A DNA stretch of 64,000 nucleotides from Candidatus Eiseniibacteriota bacterium (GTDB lineage: Bacteria; Eisenbacteria; RBG-16-71-46; CAVPCR01): assembly GCA_963702435.1 (NCBI GenBank), contig CAVPCR010000001.1, forward strand, positions 1,248,001-1,312,000. Direction: 5' to 3'. A model generated the notes under the pieces. That model saw only the letters and a program-made list of their open reading frames with translations. It did no database searches and was not told where the DNA came from. The position numbers and the translations under genes were made by a program. Of the stretch, positions 54,396 through 64,000 are shown piece by piece. Within the stretch, counting starts at the first letter, position 1; each line of letters starts with the position of its first letter.

Positions 54396-55598
54396 TCAGC
54401 GGAGACGGCGCGCGAGGCTCTGGATCTCGTTCATCATGGCGTCGAGCGCCGGCGGGTGGCTGCGCGGCACGCAGTCTGCGCAGATTTCTTCGGATAGACG
54501 CGATATTTCGCGGAGATCGGCAGTGAGGAGGATCGAGTCCCGCGCCGGCGGCGGCATGCACTCGCGGAGATCCGCCATCTGGCGGAGCCCCGCGGTCAGG
54601 GTGGCGAGGATCGAGGCGAGCGCGTGCTCGTCCGGCTCGAGCTGCGGCCGGTAGAGGAGATCGTGCACCGCGCGGAGCTCGCCCTCGAAGACACCCGCCG
54701 CGCTCTCGACCCGGGTCCTGATCCGCTCGGGCGGCGCGCCGGCCGTCATGCACAGGGCGGCGATCGCGTCCATCTCGGAGAGAACGAGATGGAGATTCGT
54801 GCGCACGCGCCCGAGCCGTGACTCGAAGGCGAAGTGGTGGATCTCGCCGGTGAGCTCCTCCTGGCGCCGGCTGACGAACTTCGAGATGACCGCGCCGAAG
54901 AGGAGGAGGCCGGCGGCACCTTCGACGACCGCGAGCACGCGCAGGATGCCGGTCGGAACGACATCGCCGTAGCCGATGGAGAGCGCGGTCACGAAGCTGA
55001 AGTAGAGCGCGGTGAGGAAGCCGGGCGCCGTTCCCGGGACCGGCACGCCGCTCGCGCGGAGCCCATCTCCGCCGGCGGCATCGACGATCCAGTAGAGCAC
55101 GCCGCAACCACAGATCATCCAGAACCAGATCTGGAAGAGCTCGCCGATCGTGCGGTCGCCGAGCCAGTCGAGGAGCCGGAGGTGGAAGGCGGCCCGGCCC
55201 GCACCCGCCCGCGCCGGCGCTGCGGGACGCCCCGGCCTCATCGCCGCCGTTGCGGATCCGAGCGTCACGCGCGTGCCCGCCGGCTCGAGCGCCCCTCCCG
55301 CCGCGATCCACCCGGCCAGGCCGCCGGCGTAGTGGCGCACGCGCGTATAACCGAGGTTGCGCAGCAGGCGGACCGCCTGCTCACCGGCCGTTCAGGTGTC
55401 GCTCGCGCAGTAGACCGCGATGTCGGCGTCGCGATCCGGGAGCACGGCGCGCGCGCGGCCCTCGATCTCGGCGAGCGGCAGGCTCAACGCGCCGGGGAGA
55501 TGGCCTTCCTCGTAGGAAGGGCGGGGCAGGACGTCGACCAGCACGAATCGCTGATCGTTGCGGCGCGTCACGATCTCCGCGCGGCTGATCGAATCCAT
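54396..55598 (-). CDS. Probable selenoprotein: Sec-containing rhodanese domain fused to a 2-TM potassium-channel pore
   Basis: An in-frame TGA (55392-55394) in YCASDT-U-TAGEQAVRLLRNLGY..VRHYAGGLAGW joins two ORFs. A SECIS-like hairpin follows, and the pore reads ALYFSFVTALSIGYGDVVP. Start could be 55634 or 55646. Confidence 0.85.
55363..55381 (-). promoter_or_regulatory. Putative bacterial SECIS element
   Basis: AGCAGGCG-GUC-CGCCUGCU: perfect 8-bp stem starting 10 nt after UGA, with G first in the loop. Confidence 0.75.
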
Positions 55599-55781
55599 CG
55601 GCTCCTCACCCTCGGTGCCGGTTTGCACAGCCATGGTCACTTGCATCCCTCCGGCGGGCGCGCGGCATCACGCGCCCTGTTCCTTGGATGTCAGTGGGCA
55701 CGGGCGCGATGCAGCCGAGTCACGCGGGCGGCGCCGGCGGCCCTTCGTCTCCGCGCCGGCGCCGCGCCGCCCGCCCCGGCG

Positions 55782-56156
55782 TCACCGCGCGGCGGCAGGC
55801 GCCGGCTTCGCCGCCGGCGATTCCTTGGTCTGCGGGAAAGCAGGGAGCTGGCTCGGGCGAAAGACGATCTCCTCGATCCCCCTCCTCCCTGCGTCGTCGA
55901 TGACCGCGCCCAGCTCGCTTCGGAATCGGGCGAACACCTCCTCGAGATGCTCGAGCCTCTCTTTCAGATCCTCGATGGGCACCGTGCAGACCTTGGGCGG
56001 TACGCAGGGCTGAGGCGGATCGAGCTTGGCCGGGTGGTTTGTGAGCATGAACCCCGTGATCAGGTCGGCGTAGTAGCGGTGGGCATTCTCGAGCCAGCGG
56101 CAGTCCATCCACAGCGATCCCAGCCGGGCCTGCAACTCCCTCTCTTCAGCCTTCAT
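55782..56156 (-). CDS. Hypothetical protein
   Basis: AAGGAGA RBS and helical composition. Confidence 0.6.
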   Translation of the reverse strand: MKAEERELQARLGSLWMDCRWLENAHRYYADLITGFMLTNHPAKLDPPQPCVPPKVCTVPIEDLKERLEHLEEVFARFRSELGAVIDDAGRRGIEEIVFRPSQLPAFPQTKESPAAKPAPAAAR

Positions 56157-56200
56157 GGTTTCTCCTTGTTCGGGCGTCCGGTGATTCCGCACGCGGGGAG

Positions 56201-58987
<2,787 letters not shown>

Positions 58988-59309
58988 GCGCGTCTCCCGA
59001 GCGAGTCGAGGATCGGCTTCCGAGCAAGGCCGCCAGGCGGCGCGCCGCACCTGGGCGAGGAGAAAGCCCGTCACCGAAACGACAACGGACCGCGGGCGCA
59101 GTCTCGGCCGCATGCATGCTGGCCTGCAACAAGGCTACTCCCGCCGGTCCGCGATGGCAAGACAGCCCGACCGGCGCGGGGCGTCGCCTGATCGGCCGGT
59201 GAATGGCGTATAATCCTCTCGACGGCATGCCGCCGCACTTCGGAGTTCCATCCGCTCCGCTTTGCGGTCACCAGCTGCAGCCTGCATCCATGCATGGGGG
59301 AACCCGATC

Positions 59310-62013
59310 ATGCACCTCCGTCGACCGACTCATGGACTGACCACGGCGCTCTTGACCGTTTGCGTGCTGGCCGCCCAGGCACGGAGCGCCGCGAGTGCGC
59401 CGCCGCTGCCGTCGCTGTCCCTCGCCGACGCCTGGCGCGACTCGCCCGACGGCGATCCGGCCGTGCGCACGCTCACCGTCCCCGCCGATCTCGTCCCGCT
59501 CGGCCCCGCCGGCACCACCCCCGCACCGGACGTGGCGGCGACCATCACAGCCGACTTCGCGCCGAACGGGATCGCCCCGGAGGGCGACTCCCCGACCGGA
59601 GCCGCCTTCACGCCGGATGGGACGAGGATCGTCGTCGCCCACCGCGACACCCGGAACCTGATCGTGTTCGATGCGGCGACCCGTGCCTTCATCGATGAGA
59701 TCCCGCTCTCCGGTTCACCGAACGGGGTCGCCATCTCCCCGGACGGAACGCGCGCCGTCACCCCCAACGTCTACGAGGACACCGCCTCGATCGTCGATCT
59801 CACGACCGGCGCCGAGATCGCCGTCGTTCCGGTCGGCGATCAGCCGGGGGTCGTCCGCATCTCCCCCGACGGCACGATCGCCGTCGTCGGCAACACGGTG
59901 AGCTCGAACCTCTCGGTGATCAACCTGGCGACGGCGACCGAAGTGCGCCGGATCGCGGGCGTCGCCTTCGTCGGCTCGGTCGGGATCTCCTTCGAGGCCG
60001 GCGCCGTCACCGCTTCGTTCTCGCCCTTCGAGTTCGCGGGCAACACGCGCCTCGTCCACCCCGACTACTACGGGAACCGCATCCTGATCGTCAACATCAC
60101 CACGGGCGTCGTGACTTCGCTCGCCTCGAGCGCAACGCCGCGCGGAGTCGCCGTGACGCCCGACGGCACGAAGGCGGTCGTCACCCATGTCCTCACGCCG
60201 CGGACCGTGTCGGTCGTCGATCCGGCGGCGGCCGCCATCGTCAAGACGATCGCGGTCGGCGCCGACCTCGACGGACCGGTGGCGATCGACCCCACCGGCA
60301 CCAAGGCCGTGGTCGCCGTGCTCAACGCCTGCCGGGTCGTGAACCTCATCACGAACGCGGTGTCGGCGAGCCTCAACACCGCGTCCGTGAATCAGCTCCT
60401 CTCGACCGCGGACGGCAGCTACGCCCTCGCCGTGGGCTTCCGCGGCGCCCTGGTCAGCTATGCGTCGGAGACCGTGGTCAAGGAATTGAACAACGTGGTC
60501 TCGACCGCGCTCGGCGCGGTGTCGCCCACCGGCCCGCGCGCCGCCATGGTCGCCAACCTCTTCGGCGAGGACATGCTGGTCGTCAACACCAACGGCGCCG
60601 CCGGCTTCATCGAGGGGGTCCTCCCCTCGGGTCCGCCGCCCGAGGGCGACAAGGCGCGCTCGGTCGCCCTCCGCCCCGACGGTTCGGAGGCCGTCGCCGT
60701 CAACATCTTCAGCGACAACGTGTCGATCGTGGATGTCGGAACGCTGGCCACCGCTGCCATCCTCCCGGTCGGCAACCGGCCGTCGGAGGTCGAGATCACA
60801 CCCGACGGCTTGAAGGCGGTCATCGCCAATCTCGATTCCGACTTCGTCTCGGTCGTGAACCTGGTGACCCGCACGGTGACCAACATCCCGATCTCGACCC
60901 GCGGCAGCGAGGTCGAGATCTCTCCCGACGGCCAGTACGCCTACATCGCCGTGGTCGTCAGCGACGGCGTGTGGCGGATCAACCTCCAGACCCTGTCGGT
61001 CGCCGGACCGTTCGTCGTCACCGGCAACATGGGCTCGATCAACTACCCGTACTCGCAGTCGAGCGGCATCACCCTGAGCCACGACGGCGCGACGCTCGTC
61101 ACCTGCAACAGCTTCTCCAACTCGATCTCGATCATCGACACAGGGACCTGGGCGGTGGTGAAGACGCTCGGCGTCGGCACCTTCCCTGTGCGCGCCACCT
61201 TCTCGGCCGACGACTCGCTCATCTACATCGCGAGCCGCGACGACGATCGGATCACCGAGGTCGCGAACGCCGGCGGCTCGTCGGTCGTCCTTCGCACGAT
61301 CGCGGTCGGCGACTGGCCGTACCAGATGGTGCTGGCGCCGAGCGGTACCAGGCTCTACGTCGCCAACTATCTCGCCGAGAACATCGGCGTCGTGAACCTC
61401 GCGACCGGCGTGATGACGAGCGTGATCCCGCTGCCCGATCCGCCGGCGGGGATCGCCATCGATCCGACCGGCGCGTTCCTCTATGCGACGACCGGCACCT
61501 GGTCGGTGAGCCTCGGGCCCGGTCCGGTCTACTCGATCGCGACGAGCGGCCAGTTCTCGGTCATCGACCTCGGCACCCAGTCGATCGTCGAGCAGGCCGT
61601 GACGGGCATTCCCCCGGCCATGCTCGACTTGAACGCGAGCGCCAGCCTCGCCGCCGCACCCTCGCCATTCGGGGACGGCGTGACGCTCGTCGCCGGCCTC
61701 GCGACGACCGGCCTCGACGCGCCGCGAGCCGGCGCCGCGCCTCACCCTCGGGGCTCCGGCGCCGAACCCGATGCGCGCCGGCACCACCTTTGCGTTGACG
61801 CTGCCCGCGGCGGCGGACGTGGAGATCGCCATTCACGATGTGAGCGGCCGCGCCGTCGCCACGCTCGTGCAGGCAGGCGCGCCCGCGGGGCGTCTCGAGC
61901 TCGGCTGGGACGGGCGCGGTGCGCGCGGCGAGCGCGTACCGGCAGGGCTCTATGTGGCGCGGATCCGCGCCGGGTCCGCGGAGAGAGCGGTCAAGTTCGT
62001 CGTCGTACGGTAG
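59310..62013 (+). CDS. Secreted YVTN/YncE-type beta-propeller protein with FlgD-Ig tail, frameshifted near 61720-61740
   Basis: Many P.GVA.(S/T)PDG..A.V.N repeats. The tail LTLGAPAPNP...IHDVSGRAV...WDG...GLY lies in the +1 frame (61741-62013). Confidence 0.8.
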
Positions 62014-62115
62014 GCGCCGGCGCCCGCCGCGGTTGGCGGTAGGCGCCGGCGGGCCCGGCCCCGGCGCCGGCCCCGAAGCCGGCGCCGGGCCACGCCGTGC
62101 TAGACTGACGGCGGC

Positions 62116-62910
62116 ATGCTGATCAAGGACTCGAAGGAGCGCTTCAGCGCCACGGCCGGCCTCTACGCGCGCTGGCGTCCGACCTATCCGGTGGCGATTC
62201 GCGATTTCCTGGTCGGGCTCATTCCGCCGGCGGCCCTACGCCGCGACGGCCGCCGGCCCGTGATCGCCGATCTCGGCTGCGGCACCGGCATCTCGACCCG
62301 GCTTCTCGCCGCGCCCGATCGCCGCCTGATCGGGATCGAGCCGAACGCCGACATGCTCGCGGAGGCCCGGCGCACGACTCCGCCCGAGCTCGCGATCGAG
62401 TACCGGGGCGGCGAGGCGGCCGCCACCGGACTCCCGGCGGCGAGCGTCGACCTCGTCGTCGCCGGCCAGGCCTTCCACTGGTTCGATCTCGAAGCGACCT
62501 GCGCCGAGATCCGCCGCATCCTGATTCCTGCGGGTTTCGCTGCCGCCTTCTGGAACGTGCGCGATGAGGCGAGCTCGCCGCTCAACGTCGAGTACCGGGT
62601 GCTCCTCGAGCGCTCATCCATCGAGTACGAGAAGGCCGCCAAGGCGGAGCCGACTATCGCGCGCATCAGCGCCGCGGCGACGGTCACCGATCTCCGTCGC
62701 GCCGAGTTCACGCACCGCCAGGAGCTCGACCGCGAGGGGTTCCTCGGCCGCGCTTACTCGAGCTCCTACGTGATGCACGGGGTGCCGGCGGCGGCGCGTC
62801 CCGCCTTCGATGCCGAGCTCGACCGGTTGTTCGACCGCCACGCCGCGGGCGGCCGGGTCGAGCTCCGCTATCGCACGCTCGTGATCGCGTTCCGGCTGCG
62901 GAGAGACTGA
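62116..62910 (+). CDS. Class I SAM-dependent methyltransferase
   Basis: RP.YP, DLGCGTG, IEPN..M and QAFHWFD. Confidence 0.9.
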   Translation: MLIKDSKERFSATAGLYARWRPTYPVAIRDFLVGLIPPAALRRDGRRPVIADLGCGTGISTRLLAAPDRRLIGIEPNADMLAEARRTTPPELAIEYRGGEAAATGLPAASVDLVVAGQAFHWFDLEATCAEIRRILIPAGFAAAFWNVRDEASSPLNVEYRVLLERSSIEYEKAAKAEPTIARISAAATVTDLRRAEFTHRQELDREGFLGRAYSSSYVMHGVPAAARPAFDAELDRLFDRHAAGGRVELRYRTLVIAFRLRRD

Positions 62911-63743
62911 TGACTTCCCGCGGCGCCGCGTCCCTCACCTTGGTCCTGGCGCTCGCCGCGACGCACCCTGCGCTCGTCGCCGCCGCCGACCGCTGGGAAA
63001 CGCTCGAGCCCGGCCTCGAGCTCGGCGAGCTGGCCATGCCCGCAGCCTCGACCAGCGGCGACTCCCGGGTCACGGTGCTGCGCGCCGACCCCGCCCTCTT
63101 CGAGCTCCAGCTCCTTTCCGCCTCCGCCCCGGACCAGGGCGCGGCCCACTCGGCCCGCGACTGGTGCGAGCGCGCGGGCCTCCTCGCCGCCATCAACGCC
63201 AGCATGTACCAGGAAGATCTCAAGACCAGCGTGAGCCTCATGCGCACGCCCGGGCACGTCAACAACCCTCGCCTCACGCGCGACCGGGCGGTGCTCGCCT
63301 TCGACCGCACCGACGAGAGCGTGCCGGCGGCAGACATCATCGATCTCACCTGTCAGAATTTCACGACCCTCCGCGACAAGTACCGCTCGTTCGTGCAGAG
63401 CATTCGCATGGTAAGCTGCGAGGGAAAGAACATGTGGCAGCAGCAGCCGCGTCGCTTCTCGACCGCGGCGATCGCCGTCGACAAGAGCGGGCGCGTGCTG
63501 TTCATCCATTGCCGCTCGCCCTACTCGACTCACGATTTCATCGACGGACTGCTGGCGCTGCCGCTCGACATCGCCAGGGCCATGTACGTCGAGGGCGGCC
63601 CGCAGGCGCAGCTCTATGTGCGGGCGGGGCGTCGCGAGATCGAGCGCGTTGGCCTGTTCGAGAATCCGATCCTCGAGAACGACGAGGATCAGGGGGGCTG
63701 GCCGATCCCGAACGTGGTCGGCATCGCCCGGAGGAAGCCATGA
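62910..63743 (+). CDS. Phosphodiester glycosidase (NAGPA-like) family protein
   Basis: Signal peptide, W..L.PGLE, AINA.MY, AMY.EGG and P.PNV.G. Confidence 0.75.
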   Translation: MTSRGAASLTLVLALAATHPALVAAADRWETLEPGLELGELAMPAASTSGDSRVTVLRADPALFELQLLSASAPDQGAAHSARDWCERAGLLAAINASMYQEDLKTSVSLMRTPGHVNNPRLTRDRAVLAFDRTDESVPAADIIDLTCQNFTTLRDKYRSFVQSIRMVSCEGKNMWQQQPRRFSTAAIAVDKSGRVLFIHCRSPYSTHDFIDGLLALPLDIARAMYVEGGPQAQLYVRAGRREIERVGLFENPILENDEDQGGWPIPNVVGIARRKP

Positions 63744-64000
63744 ACCTGACCCGCAAGCTCCGCGACCTGGCCGGCCTGGCCAAGGATGCGATGGGCCTCG
63801 GCGGCGATCTCGCGCTCGCGCCGGGCGCCCCGGCCCCCGATTTCGCCGCCCTCGATCAGCACGGCACCCGGCGCACGCTCGCCGAGTTCCGCGGCCGGAG
63901 GCTCCTGCTCTGGTTCTACCCCAAGGCCGAAACCCCGGGCTGAACGCTCGAGGGCAATGGATTCCGGGCGCGAATCCACGAGTTCACGGCACGGAACACC
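63740..64000 (+). CDS. bcp: BCP/PrxQ peroxiredoxin, probable selenoprotein, 3'-truncated by the window edge
   Basis: APDF...DQ.G....L.EFRG...LLWFYPKAETPG-(TGA 63941-63943)-TLEGNGFR. The TGA sits at the peroxidatic Cys of the FYPKA.TPGCT.E motif. Confidence 0.85.
63947..63982 (+). promoter_or_regulatory. Putative bacterial SECIS element
   Basis: UGGAUUC-CGGGCGC-GAAUCCA (63958-63978): 7-bp stem starting 14 nt after UGA, with a possible lower CUCG/CGAG stem. Confidence 0.7.

Noticed and set aside
55665..55712. Riboswitch upstream of the rhodanese-channel gene
   Set aside because: A long imperfect hairpin exists, but it pairs better on the non-coding strand and matches no riboswitch consensus I recognise.

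Overview
High-GC bacterial chromosomal window. Several secreted proteins carry C-terminal FlgD-Ig/'PNP' tails and one has a TWGxIK tail, which suggests an FCB-group lineage such as Eisenbacteria, Krumholzibacteriota or Latescibacterota (inference). The centrepiece is a translationally coupled 10-gene minus-strand operon (10289-24060). It encodes, in order: a cytoplasmic NAD(P)/FAD/Fe-S oxidoreductase, a Rieske protein, cytochrome b, a 7-heme cytochrome c, a Tat-exported NXR/periplasmic-NAR-type molybdoenzyme (alpha, beta, gamma), a TorD-like chaperone, a DUF438-hemerythrin-PAS protein and a DUF1858 protein. Two genes are split by the ORF track at in-frame TGA codons that lie at catalytic-Cys positions and are followed by SECIS-like hairpins, so both are probable selenoproteins: a rhodanese fused to a GYGD potassium-channel pore (54396-55598) and a BCP/PrxQ peroxiredoxin (63740 to window end). 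Also present: an IS91/ISCR-family transposase end with its oriIS-like terminus and an orphan inverted copy of it, 45-bp direct repeats around an LVIVD gene, a PyrF-fold protein missing its catalytic residues, a 5-copy ~60-bp tandem repeat, a frameshifted DUF4160/DUF2442 pair, several gene relics, two Ser/Thr kinase-TPR proteins, PilT and many peptidases. No rRNA, tRNA or true CRISPR array was recognised. Family assignments come from motif recognition by eye, not from database searches.
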